From assembly GCA_964606215.1 (NCBI GenBank), contig CAZSGT010000001.1:1-25620 (forward strand): a stretch of DNA of 25,620 nucleotides, read 5' to 3'. The DNA comes from an uncultured Lachnospiraceae bacterium. Lineage in GTDB: Bacteria; Bacillota; Clostridia; Lachnospirales; Lachnospiraceae. A model generated the notes under the pieces. That model had not been told where the DNA came from and did not search any database. It saw only the letters and a list, made by a program, of their open reading frames with translations. Of the stretch, positions 17,235 through 25,620 are shown one piece after another. The position numbers and the translations under genes are program-made. The stretch's first letter is position 1; each line of letters starts with the position of its first letter.

Positions 17235-19574
17235 CTAACAGGAGATGGTCACGGATGTGGACCCCGCCTTCGCCTCTGCTTTCGCATCGGTGCCAGCAAC
17301 GGAAACCGTAAAGCTCTTATCGGTAGCCTCATAGGAAACCGTGATGGTATCTCCGTTTCTCACTGCGGTAATATCCGTAATCTTTACAGCTTCACTATCA
17401 TATACAGCCGTCGCTGCTGTCTCGCCATCCTGCAGATTGTAAATCACTGCTTCTGCGCCGTCCAGATAATCGTACACTATATTGCTGTCAAAGTTACCGA
17501 AAGTAACAATAGAATTTTCACGGACAAGCAGCGGCATTTCCATGTAGGAACAGTTTCTGCTGTAATACTTTCCGCCCTCGTATGTCTTATTCTCGATGAT
17601 ATCGTACCATGTTCCTTCCGGAAGATAGAACTCCACATCTCCATTCTCAGACATAACCGGTGCAACCAGCAGGCTGTCACCCAGCATGTACTGCTGGTCT
17701 AAGTATTTACACGGCGTCTCGTTTGTAAAAGCAATCACCATGGAACGCATCATCGGCACACCCACTTCATGGGTCTTCACTGCCTGTGCAAACAGATACG
17801 GCATCAATTTGCCCTTCAGCTTGGTGAAATAGCGCAGGACGTCACAGGACTCCTCGTCATACGCCCACGGCACACGGTAAGAGGTAGAACCATGCAGGCG
17901 GCTGTGTGTGGAAAGAAGTCCGAATGCACACCATCTCTTATATACGTCTGCGGACGCTGTCGCCTCAAAACCACCGATATCGTGGCTGAAGAAACCAAAT
18001 CCTGCAGAACACAGGGAAAGTCCGCCGCGAAGTGTCTCTGCCATGGCAGAATACTCTGCATAGCAGTCGCCGCCCCAGTGTACCGGGAATCTCTGCCCGC
18101 CGACCGTTGCGCTTCTTGCGAAAAGACATGCCTTATCCTTTCCAAAGTAATCTTCCAACGCGGTAAACACGGTCTTATTGTAAAGGTGTGTATAGTAGTT
18201 ATGCATCTTGATTGGGTCGGAACCATCAAAATATACTACCTTTGAAGGAATGCGCTCGCCAAAGTCTGTCTTGATATTGTTGACGCCCATCTCAAACAGT
18301 TCACGCAAAAGTCCCTGATACCATGTACATGCCTCCGGATTGGTAAAGTCTACAATTGCCATTCCCGGCTGCCACATATCGGTCTGGAATACGCTTCCAT
18401 CCGGATTCTTGATGAAGTATCCCTTTTCTTTTCCGATATCAAACAATTTGGAGCGCTGTGCAATATATGGGTTAATCCATACACAAATCTCCAGTCCCTT
18501 ATCATGCAGTCTGGAAAGCATTGCCTTGGGGTCCGGGAACATCCGTTTATCCCACTCAAAGTTACACCACTCAAACTCCTTCATCCAGAAACAGTCAAAA
18601 TGGAATACCTGCAACGGAATATCTCTCTCCTTCATGCCATCGATAAAGGAGTTAACCGTCTCCTCATCGTAGTTTGTAGTAAAGGAAGTAGACAGCCACA
18701 AACCGAAGGAATATGCCGGCGGCAGGGACGGCTTACCCGTCAATGTGGTATAGTTATGTAACACGTCCTCCAGATTCTCTCCGCCGATGACAAAGTACTC
18801 TAACTCCTCTCCCGGAACGGTAAAGGAAACCTTGGATACCGTATCGGAACCAACCTCAAAAGAAACCTTGTCGGAGCTGTTTACGAGAATACCATAGCTG
18901 TTGGATGAAATATAAAATGGAATATTTTTGTAGCTCTGCTCGCTGCAGGTACCACCATCGCTGTTCCATATCTCTACATTCTGTCCATTCTTTACGAATG
19001 TTCCAAACCTTTCTCCAAATCCATAAATGCACTCGCCGATGGAAAGCTTGAACTGCTCACGGACATAGGAAGTATTTGCATCCTGAGGATATGCCCAAAA
19101 TTCGTCGTCTGCCTGCAGCTGCAGTCTTGCCTGGGCATGGTATGCACTTTCTGTAATGTAAGAAGTACAGCGCCATGCACCGCCGGTCAGATGGCGGTCT
19201 TTATAATAAAACTGTACATCCCAGTCGTTGCCTTTTTTAATCACAACCTTGGTATCTCCGGAAATCATTTCCACAAACCCGTCAGTCTCATTGATAACCG
19301 GTGTATAGCCAGTATCCTCATTTAGTTCAAACTGTGGCGCGTTGTCCAGACCACCTTTAAAATGTGTGATGTTGACCTTAATGATATTTTCGGATGTGGA
19401 AGAATATGTAATCTCCATATTCGCCCCGCCAAGCGTCATGGCACGGTTGTAAATCGTACCCGGTGTTGCCAAAATCTGAATGGCATGGTCCGTAGTGGTA
19501 ACCTCATACGCCTGTGATGCATAATTTACATCGTATCCTTTCTGGTTCAACCAGAATCCGTCTGCTACTTTCAT
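17235..19574 (-). CDS. yicI: GH31 alpha-xylosidase, YicI type
   Basis: N-terminus GFWLNQKG, GFGERF, YKNIPFY, FGLWLSTSF, nucleophile motif KTDFGERIP, acid/base motif HWGGDC and HSRLHGS. Confidence 0.9.
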   Translation of the reverse strand: MKVADGFWLNQKGYDVNYASQAYEVTTTDHAIQILATPGTIYNRAMTLGGANMEITYSSTSENIIKVNITHFKGGLDNAPQFELNEDTGYTPVINETDGFVEMISGDTKVVIKKGNDWDVQFYYKDRHLTGGAWRCTSYITESAYHAQARLQLQADDEFWAYPQDANTSYVREQFKLSIGECIYGFGERFGTFVKNGQNVEIWNSDGGTCSEQSYKNIPFYISSNSYGILVNSSDKVSFEVGSDTVSKVSFTVPGEELEYFVIGGENLEDVLHNYTTLTGKPSLPPAYSFGLWLSTSFTTNYDEETVNSFIDGMKERDIPLQVFHFDCFWMKEFEWCNFEWDKRMFPDPKAMLSRLHDKGLEICVWINPYIAQRSKLFDIGKEKGYFIKNPDGSVFQTDMWQPGMAIVDFTNPEACTWYQGLLRELFEMGVNNIKTDFGERIPSKVVYFDGSDPIKMHNYYTHLYNKTVFTALEDYFGKDKACLFARSATVGGQRFPVHWGGDCYAEYSAMAETLRGGLSLCSAGFGFFSHDIGGFEATASADVYKRWCAFGLLSTHSRLHGSTSYRVPWAYDEESCDVLRYFTKLKGKLMPYLFAQAVKTHEVGVPMMRSMVIAFTNETPCKYLDQQYMLGDSLLVAPVMSENGDVEFYLPEGTWYDIIENKTYEGGKYYSRNCSYMEMPLLVRENSIVTFGNFDSNIVYDYLDGAEAVIYNLQDGETAATAVYDSEAVKITDITAVRNGDTITVSYEATDKSFTVSVAGTDAKAEAKAGSTSVTISC

Positions 19575-19650
19575 GTAAATACCTTCTTTCTTTTTATTTT
19601 TATATAATTTGATTCAGACACCCCTCTATTTGCCGAATCATTATTTTCAG

Positions 19651-19679
19651 TTGCGCTTCTTCGTTTCTTTCTGTATAAT
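19651..19679 (+). promoter_or_regulatory. Putative sigma-A promoter of the AraC gene, TTGCGC-N17-TATAAT
   Basis: 17-bp spacing and a perfect -10. Confidence 0.55.
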
Positions 19680-19772
19680 ATTATATTATCCAATTTGGCA
19701 TAAATTCTACTATTATTTAAACATAATGTAATACTATTTTGATGGTTTTTCGCTTGCGCAGAAAGGAGCACT

Positions 19773-20681
19773 ATGATTATCAATACCCAAACCCGTAAAC
19801 AGTACGAAGAAAAAATCCGCCACGGCACACCTCATGTGCCTGTGGGACTACATAAACTCTGCTTTCCGGAAGGAACTGATTTAATTTTCGCCCTGCACTG
19901 GCACGAGGAATTTGAATTTCTGATTGTCACCCAGGGAGAGGTACTCTTTCAAATCGAAAATCGGGAATACAGGGTCTGTGCAGGTGAAGGGGTTTTTATC
20001 AATTCCAACCTGCTCCACTGCGCCAATGCCGTAAACGGTATGGAATGCCGATTTATCGCCGTAGTGTTTTCTTCCGTTTTTCTGCATGAAAATCTGCAGA
20101 GCCGCTTTTCCATGCGCTACATTCTCCCTATTTTGAATGGAAAAGCCGTCTTTACAGAACATCTCACCACCGCAGAACCATGGCAGGCACAGGCGATTCA
20201 GATTATCCGGGATATGGATATCTACCCGGAACATGATTTGGAATATTATGAATTGAAATTGAAGGGGCAGATTCTCACGATTTGGAATTTGTTCTTTGAA
20301 CACCGGGAGCGGGTGACAGAAAAGGAAGACGCCAAACATGCTGAACAGCTCCAGCGGCTGCAGCCGGTATTAGACCGGATTGAAAAAGAATATATGTATG
20401 AAATCCGTCTGGCAGATATGGCGGGCATGATACCCATGAGCGAGGGACAGTTTTGCCGGGTATTTAAAAAAGTCATGCATGTCTCCCCGTCCCAGTATCT
20501 TATGCAGTACCGGATTTTGCAAAGCTGTCAGATGCTGATGGAAAGCAACTACAAAATCAGCGACATCGCCAACCGCTCCGGCTTTTCCAATATCAGCTAT
20601 TTCAACAAGACGTTCCTCCATATTGTAGGCTGCACGCCCAGGGAATACCGGGAGGGCAAGCACAATTTTAATCTGTTGTAA
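19773..20681 (+). CDS. AraC-family transcriptional regulator (cupin sensor domain plus double HTH)
   Basis: Motifs LHWHEEFEF, FCRVFKKVMHVSPSQYL, ISDIANRSGFSNISYFNKTF. AAAGGAG RBS. Divergent from yicI. Confidence 0.95.
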   Translation: MIINTQTRKQYEEKIRHGTPHVPVGLHKLCFPEGTDLIFALHWHEEFEFLIVTQGEVLFQIENREYRVCAGEGVFINSNLLHCANAVNGMECRFIAVVFSSVFLHENLQSRFSMRYILPILNGKAVFTEHLTTAEPWQAQAIQIIRDMDIYPEHDLEYYELKLKGQILTIWNLFFEHRERVTEKEDAKHAEQLQRLQPVLDRIEKEYMYEIRLADMAGMIPMSEGQFCRVFKKVMHVSPSQYLMQYRILQSCQMLMESNYKISDIANRSGFSNISYFNKTFLHIVGCTPREYREGKHNFNLL

Positions 20682-20703
20682 GTCCGGTCCCATGCAGGCT
20701 TTC

Positions 20704-21519
20704 TTATGTAACGCCGCCTCCCTCCCCATGTATTCTTTGAAGCATCCACAGCGCCCACACACACAGGATGCTGCCTACAGGTATAACGATTGCAAACATC
20801 TGCCATGTGACAGTCATTTCTGCCGGCAGCACACGGTTCATAATCCATGTCGTTCCATTAAATGCCACATGAAACCATATGGAAGCAGCCAAACCTTTGC
20901 CATACTGGTACACATAACCCAGTATCATTCCCATGAAAAACGCATATACCCCCTGAATGGGATTCCCGTGATATACGCCAAAACAAAATGCCTGCACCGC
21001 ATTGGCAAACCAAAATCCACTCTCCTGGAAAAGAGCTGAAAACAAAGCACCTCGGAAAATGCACTCCTCCGCAATGGGAGCAATCAGCAATGCGTAGAGA
21101 ATTGTCACCAAAGACGTCCGGATATCCATATTTTTCATGGCCTCATTATAAGAAGTAAACCACTGGGGAAACAGCGCTTCTATGGCTGTCAGCCCAAATG
21201 TTACCACCACGCAGAATGCGCATCCCCCGGCCATTATCACCAGCCATCTCAATATATTCCTGCCATATTTCCACAGTATATTTTCCTCACCGGAAGCACC
21301 AGAAGCCGGTTGTTTTCCATGCAGTTTTCCATATACAAGCAGACAGATTCCACCATTTATGACTGCTGAAATCAGTGATATCCATATATTTTCATTTTCC
21401 AGTCTGCCTCCGGCGCACAGATGCACCAGTGTATACACTACAATCTGCGTCACATTAACGCCAAGCAGAATGAGTAAACACCAAAACACCTGCCTGGCTC
21501 TCCTTCCCTCCATATCCAT
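20704..21519 (-). CDS. CPBP/CAAX (Abi) family intramembrane metalloprotease
   Basis: Motifs APIAEECIFRG, FGVYH and SIWFHVAFN within a multi-TM protein. Confidence 0.92.
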   Translation of the reverse strand: MDMEGRRARQVFWCLLILLGVNVTQIVVYTLVHLCAGGRLENENIWISLISAVINGGICLLVYGKLHGKQPASGASGEENILWKYGRNILRWLVIMAGGCAFCVVVTFGLTAIEALFPQWFTSYNEAMKNMDIRTSLVTILYALLIAPIAEECIFRGALFSALFQESGFWFANAVQAFCFGVYHGNPIQGVYAFFMGMILGYVYQYGKGLAASIWFHVAFNGTTWIMNRVLPAEMTVTWQMFAIVIPVGSILCVWALWMLQRIHGEGGGVT

Positions 21520-21677
21520 TCTCCTTTTCCTGTTCCATGTTTTCTTTTTTGTTTTTCATTGGAATTCCCATTACATACATTGCCCAATATTCAGGGCTGT
21601 CCGCCTATATCATGACGTGATTCCATATTATGTAATTCTCACAAAAAACACACATTTTTTTATTGTATATTCCGATA

Positions 21678-21706
21678 TTTACAAAATATTCCCAGCGTGG
21701 TATTCT
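21678..21706 (+). promoter_or_regulatory. Putative sigma-A promoter TTTACA-N17-TATTCT
   Basis: 17-bp spacer and TGg before the -10, located upstream of the Ig-repeat gene. Confidence 0.55.
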
Positions 21707-21757
21707 GATAACACATCGCACCAATACAATGTTTTTAAAGAAAGTATGGTGATTTCT

Positions 21758-22753
21758 ATGAATAAATATTTTGTGAAAGTTTTAACCCTTTGCCTGACGC
21801 TTACCCTTATTCTGGGTAGTCTGTTCCCCGCCGCCAGGACTGCTGCCGCTGACTTCCAGTATGTACTGCTGTCACAGTACAACGTAACCAAACCAATTGG
21901 TGGAAGCTTTTGCCTGGCTGCGGTTTCCAGCAAAGGAAAAATCAGCTTCAAATCCAGCAGCAGTGCCATTGCCTCCGTAAACGCCAAGGGACAGGTTACC
22001 TGTAAAAAGTCCGGTGAAGTATACATCACCGCCAGCACAAAGTACGCTGACGCCCGGTGTAAGGTTACGGTACTTCCCACAACGATACGTCTGAACCGTT
22101 CTTCCATCACTATGGAAAACGGCAGCAGCACCACATTACGTGCTACCACCTCCAACGGACACAGCGTATCTTTTAAATCCAGTAAATCCAGCGTTGCCAA
22201 AGTTTCTGCCTCCGGCACCATTACTGCCAGGAAACCGGGAGAGGCGATTATCACTGTATCCTGTGACGGTACCAAAGTTACCTGTCCGGTCACAGTGAAA
22301 AAACCCCATATCGCACTGGGATGCAATGCAAAAACACTATACCGTGGTCAAAGCTTTAAACTGACAGCCAAGACCTCATCCGGACTTGTCCCAACCTTTA
22401 AGAGCAGCAAGAGTTCGGTTGCCACTGTGGACAAAGACGGCACGGTGAAAGCAGTTAAGCACGGCACCGCCAGCATTAAAGTAAAACTAGACGGCGTCAC
22501 GAAGGTCTGCACCGTCACCGTGGCATCCCCGCAGATTACCCTGAACAAAACAACCCTCTCTCTGTCTGTGGGCAAATCTGCCACGCTGACTGCCAAAGTC
22601 TCCTCCGGCAACGCTGCCACATTTTCCAGCAGCAACCAGGCGGTGGCAACCGTCACAAACAAAGGCGTCGTCACCGGAAGAAAGAAAGGCACTGCATATA
22701 TCTATGCATCCGAGGACGGCGCCAAAGCAAAATGCAAAGTCAAAGTACACTGA
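21758..22753 (+). CDS. Secreted protein with four bacterial Ig-like (Big_2) repeats
   Basis: True start is MNKYFVKV (GGTGA RBS); the track's longer 5' extension is antisense to the CPBP gene. A signal peptide ending in AAA is followed by four repeats of about 75 aa with the pattern F.SS...[IV]A.V...G.[VI]......G.A/V.I. Confidence 0.9.
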   Translation: MNKYFVKVLTLCLTLTLILGSLFPAARTAAADFQYVLLSQYNVTKPIGGSFCLAAVSSKGKISFKSSSSAIASVNAKGQVTCKKSGEVYITASTKYADARCKVTVLPTTIRLNRSSITMENGSSTTLRATTSNGHSVSFKSSKSSVAKVSASGTITARKPGEAIITVSCDGTKVTCPVTVKKPHIALGCNAKTLYRGQSFKLTAKTSSGLVPTFKSSKSSVATVDKDGTVKAVKHGTASIKVKLDGVTKVCTVTVASPQITLNKTTLSLSVGKSATLTAKVSSGNAATFSSSNQAVATVTNKGVVTGRKKGTAYIYASEDGAKAKCKVKVH

Positions 22754-22766
22754 CACTTCTCCGGCC

Positions 22767-23483
22767 CTAACATGTTTGTTTTTCTGAGATTTCATTCCGA
22801 AGGGTGTCTGCCACTGCATACAACATGGTTCCTCCTGCAAAAGCCAGGATAAATGGAAAGGTCTGATTGGATATGGTTGTAGCGAGATATCCCACAAACG
22901 TGCCAATCATCTCCAGAATACCGGTAAATGCTGCAATCTGCAGCACCTTCCTCTTGTCAAACCCGGCAAGGAACATTGGCGGTACTACCATAAAGCCCTC
23001 CGGGAAATTTTGTAACACGATTCCGGCTATAATGGCAATCGTCTGCCCCACGTCTTCTGTGGCAAAACTTACCCCGGCTGCCATCCCCTCCGGAAGATTG
23101 TGAATGGCAATGGCAAATATCAGCAGCAGAACTCTCTTTTTATATTCCGGATTGTCTGCCGGCGGCAAGAGCTGCGCATATCCACTCTGCCTTTCCTCTA
23201 CATCTGTAATTTTGTATATACGGCTAAGCAGCATATCAATAACACGCAAAAAACTAACGCCAGTGGCAAAGCCTGTTGCCGGCAGCCAACACCGGGTAAC
23301 TCCCGCCTTTGTAAACGCAGGTACTACCAGTCCTACCACCGCTACCAAAAACAACATACCTGTAATTCCTATCATCAGATACCGCATGATGCGCTGGGGA
23401 ATGGCGTCTATGAAAAAACCTGCCAATGCCCCGACGATGGTTGCACCCCCAACGCATACTGCGGTTATGGATACATACTGCAT
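22767..23483 (-). CDS. ZIP-family (ZupT/GufA-like) metal transporter, divergent, with a short C-terminus
   Basis: Motifs AIAIHNLPEG and IVLQNFPEG. Start moved to the ATG at 23483 (GGGAG RBS, 5-nt spacer), giving 238 aa. Confidence 0.85.
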   Translation of the reverse strand: MQYVSITAVCVGGATIVGALAGFFIDAIPQRIMRYLMIGITGMLFLVAVVGLVVPAFTKAGVTRCWLPATGFATGVSFLRVIDMLLSRIYKITDVEERQSGYAQLLPPADNPEYKKRVLLLIFAIAIHNLPEGMAAGVSFATEDVGQTIAIIAGIVLQNFPEGFMVVPPMFLAGFDKRKVLQIAAFTGILEMIGTFVGYLATTISNQTFPFILAFAGGTMLYAVADTLRNEISEKQTC

Positions 23484-23607
23484 GGATACTCCCGTTTTTG
23501 TAACTCTCATAAACAATATACGCTCATTTTGTAAAGAGGTTCTATGATTCCTCTGCTTTGTTTCAATTTCGCTGTCCTTCTGCTGGCAGACGCAGTTTTC
23601 CGTTGGT

Positions 23608-25023
23608 TTACACAATCTGAACCTTTATCATATTGGTCGTTCCGGCACGTCCCAGAGGCAATCCGGATGTGATTACCACCACATCCTCCTTTTCTACCAG
23701 TCCAGCTTCCCTGGCAGAATCCACCGCATGGTCAAACAGCTCCAGCACGTCTTCTTTTTCCTGAATGACAATAGGCGTTACTCCCCAGGAAAGATTCAGC
23801 TGTCTTGCCACTTTTTCTTCCGTTGTACATCCAATTACATCGCTAAGGGGACGATATCTGGATATCATTCTGGCAGAGCGGCCGGATTTGGTTACCGTAA
23901 TGATTCCCCGGGCATTTACATCCAGCGCAGTTGTACACGTTGCATGGCATATTGCATCGGTGATATCCGGATTGGAATTCCGCTCATGGGCAAAAAACCG
24001 CTTGCGGTAATCAATGTCCTGCTCCGTGCGGACCGCAATCCGCACCATGGTTTTCAATGCCTCCACCGGGTACATGCCTGCTGCCGTCTCCCCGGAAAGC
24101 ATAATGGCGCTGGTACCGTCATAGATGGCATTTGCTACGTCCGTCACCTCTGCTCTGGTTGCTCTGGGATTCTTCATCATGGAATCCAGCATCTGCGTAG
24201 CAGTAATGACCTGTTTTCCTGCCTCATACACTTTACGGATAATCATCTTCTGTATGACAGGTACTTCCTCATAGGGAATCTCTACACCCATATCGCCTCT
24301 TGCCACCATAATACCATCCGACGCATCAATAATCTCATCGATATGGTCAACGCCTTCCTGATTCTCTATTTTGGAGATAATGGTAATATTCTTTCCACCG
24401 TTTTCGTCTAACAGCCGGCGAATCTGTAATACATCTTCTGCCCTTCGCACAAAGGACGCTGCTACAATATCTACATCCTGTTCAATCCCAAATAAAATAT
24501 CATTCCGGTCCTTTTCGCTAAGATACGGAAGGGATAAATGTACCCCCGGCACATTCACACCCTTGGAATTTGAAACGATTCCGTCATTTTTTACCTGACA
24601 CACAATATCCCTGCCATCCAGTTTTACAACTTCCATGGAAATCAATCCATCGTCCAGCAGGATTCGGCTTCCCACCTTCACATCCTGATGCAGAATATCA
24701 CAGGTGATGCCTACTCCGGTCTCATCTCCCGGCGCATCATCACAGCGCAGGGTAAAGGTCTGCCCTTTATGAAGCTCCACTTTGCCATCTGCAAAGCTTT
24801 TCAGGCGTATCTCCGGTCCTTTGGTATCCAGCAAAACAGCAATGGGACGCTGGTATGTCTTTCGCAGTTTCTTCAGCAAATCCATCCGCTCCTTCTGCTC
24901 TTCATAACTTCCATGTGAAAAATTGAACCGGGCAACATCCATGCCGTTTTTCACCAGTTCCTCCAATATTCCCTCTACGTCCGTTGCCGGACCTAATGTA
25001 CATACTATCTTTGTTTTGCGCAT
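23608..25023 (-). CDS. pyk: Pyruvate kinase
   Basis: Motifs MRKTKIVCTLGPA, ARFNFSHG, LDTKGPEIR, SKIEN, VARGDMG and TQMLDSM. 471 aa, without the C-terminal PEP-utiliser extension. Confidence 0.98.
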   Translation of the reverse strand: MRKTKIVCTLGPATDVEGILEELVKNGMDVARFNFSHGSYEEQKERMDLLKKLRKTYQRPIAVLLDTKGPEIRLKSFADGKVELHKGQTFTLRCDDAPGDETGVGITCDILHQDVKVGSRILLDDGLISMEVVKLDGRDIVCQVKNDGIVSNSKGVNVPGVHLSLPYLSEKDRNDILFGIEQDVDIVAASFVRRAEDVLQIRRLLDENGGKNITIISKIENQEGVDHIDEIIDASDGIMVARGDMGVEIPYEEVPVIQKMIIRKVYEAGKQVITATQMLDSMMKNPRATRAEVTDVANAIYDGTSAIMLSGETAAGMYPVEALKTMVRIAVRTEQDIDYRKRFFAHERNSNPDITDAICHATCTTALDVNARGIITVTKSGRSARMISRYRPLSDVIGCTTEEKVARQLNLSWGVTPIVIQEKEDVLELFDHAVDSAREAGLVEKEDVVVITSGLPLGRAGTTNMIKVQIV

Positions 25024-25045
25024 GTCTGTCTCCTGCCTTTCTTTT

Positions 25046-25620
25046 CTAATTTTCCCGATGCATGGAAAAACTATTCATATCGTATCTCTGGAGATTTTCT
25101 TTAATTCCCCTCTGGTCTGCCCTGCCAATCAGGGTATCCCTGTCTTTCTTGGCATTCTTAATCGTCTCATAACTGCTGGGGCCGCCTACACAGCCGCCTT
25201 CACATACCATTCCCTCCACAAAATCCTCTGGAAGCCTCCCTGCCCGCAAAAGCAGCAACGCTTTTTTACACTCTGCAACTCCATCTGCCTTGCAGACCGT
25301 TGCGTCACACTTTTCATTGCACTCTTTCATGTACTGCACAATGGACGCCGTCACACCGCCGGAATTGCCATACCGTTTTCCATACATACTTGCATCCTGA
25401 TAGGTGTTCTCCGCTGGCTCCAGACGAACATTTTTCGCCTTCATAATAGCCCGAAGTTCACTGTACGTCAGTACACAATCTGCATTTCCCTCAATCTTCT
25501 GATCCTTCACTTCGGACTTTTTGGCAATACAAGGTCCGATAAAGACAGTAACACAATCCGGTTCTTTCGCCTTTAACATCCGGGATACCGCACACATTGG
25601 CGAAACCGTGGTGGATATCT
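25046..25620 (-). CDS. [FeFe]-hydrogenase large-subunit-type protein, 3' part only (start lies beyond the right edge)
   Basis: H-cluster motifs P2 FIGPCIAKKSE and P3 EGMVCEGGCVGGP. The frame stays open upstream of the track's ATG (ISTTVSP-M) to the window edge. Confidence 0.88.
   Translation of the reverse strand, partial: ISTTVSPMCAVSRMLKAKEPDCVTVFIGPCIAKKSEVKDQKIEGNADCVLTYSELRAIMKAKNVRLEPAENTYQDASMYGKRYGNSGGVTASIVQYMKECNEKCDATVCKADGVAECKKALLLLRAGRLPEDFVEGMVCEGGCVGGPSSYETIKNAKKDRDTLIGRADQRGIKENLQRYDMNSFSMHREN

Noticed and set aside
21182-21757. N-terminal extension of the 523-aa track ORF
   Set aside because: It is antisense to the CPBP gene and crosses an AT-rich promoter region. The RBS and signal peptide support the start at 21758.
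22487-22906. Alternative-frame hydrophobic stretch (VYFDFAFCFGAVLG) as the missing ZIP TM8 via a frameshift
   Set aside because: The stretch is the antisense of the Lys-rich end of the Ig-repeat gene, which produces Phe/Leu codons automatically. There is no IPE-like motif in that frame.
23531-23558. AGAGG/CCTCT stem as a pyk terminator
   Set aside because: The stem is only 5 bp with a 10-nt loop and three T residues, too weak to call.
257-25576. Many 60-230 aa ORFs antisense to, or out of frame with, the called genes (for example 257..790, 3916..4590, 21679..22326, 23728..24411, 24923..25576)
   Set aside because: They are fully overlapped by well-supported genes and show no recognisable motifs or RBS.
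1-25620. CRISPR arrays, tRNA or rRNA genes, IS elements, prophage or defence genes
   Set aside because: No regularly spaced repeats, no room for structural RNA genes in the short intergenic gaps, and no transposase, integrase or nuclease motifs were seen. The CPBP protein's 'Abi' name alone does not imply phage defence.

Overview
This is a bacterial chromosomal window of roughly mid-40s %GC (estimated by eye). Shine-Dalgarno use, the T-box and gene content point to Bacillota, most likely Lachnospiraceae/Clostridia. From left to right it contains: (1) a minus-strand response regulator, a sensor kinase broken by one in-frame TAA, and a lipoprotein that runs off the left edge; (2) two small membrane proteins, one VanZ-like; (3) pheS-pheT with a Phe T-box leader; (4) a tightly packed ddl-murF-chemoreceptor-HD-GYP run; (5) a carbohydrate module with a heparinase II/III-like lyase, an orphan solute-binding protein, a YicI-type GH31 and an AraC regulator; (6) a CPBP/CAAX protease, a secreted four-Ig-domain protein, a divergent ZIP transporter, pyruvate kinase and the 3' end of an [FeFe]-hydrogenase-type gene. 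I found no tRNA, rRNA, CRISPR array or mobile element. Most genes belong to known families and I cannot claim a clearly new system. The best leads are a T-box whose terminator appears to be switched through a relay element, the nonsense-split kinase, a shared promoter motif linking the lyase to the GH31/SBP genes, and a lipobox-disrupting Asp in the SBP. All family calls come from motif recognition, not database searches.
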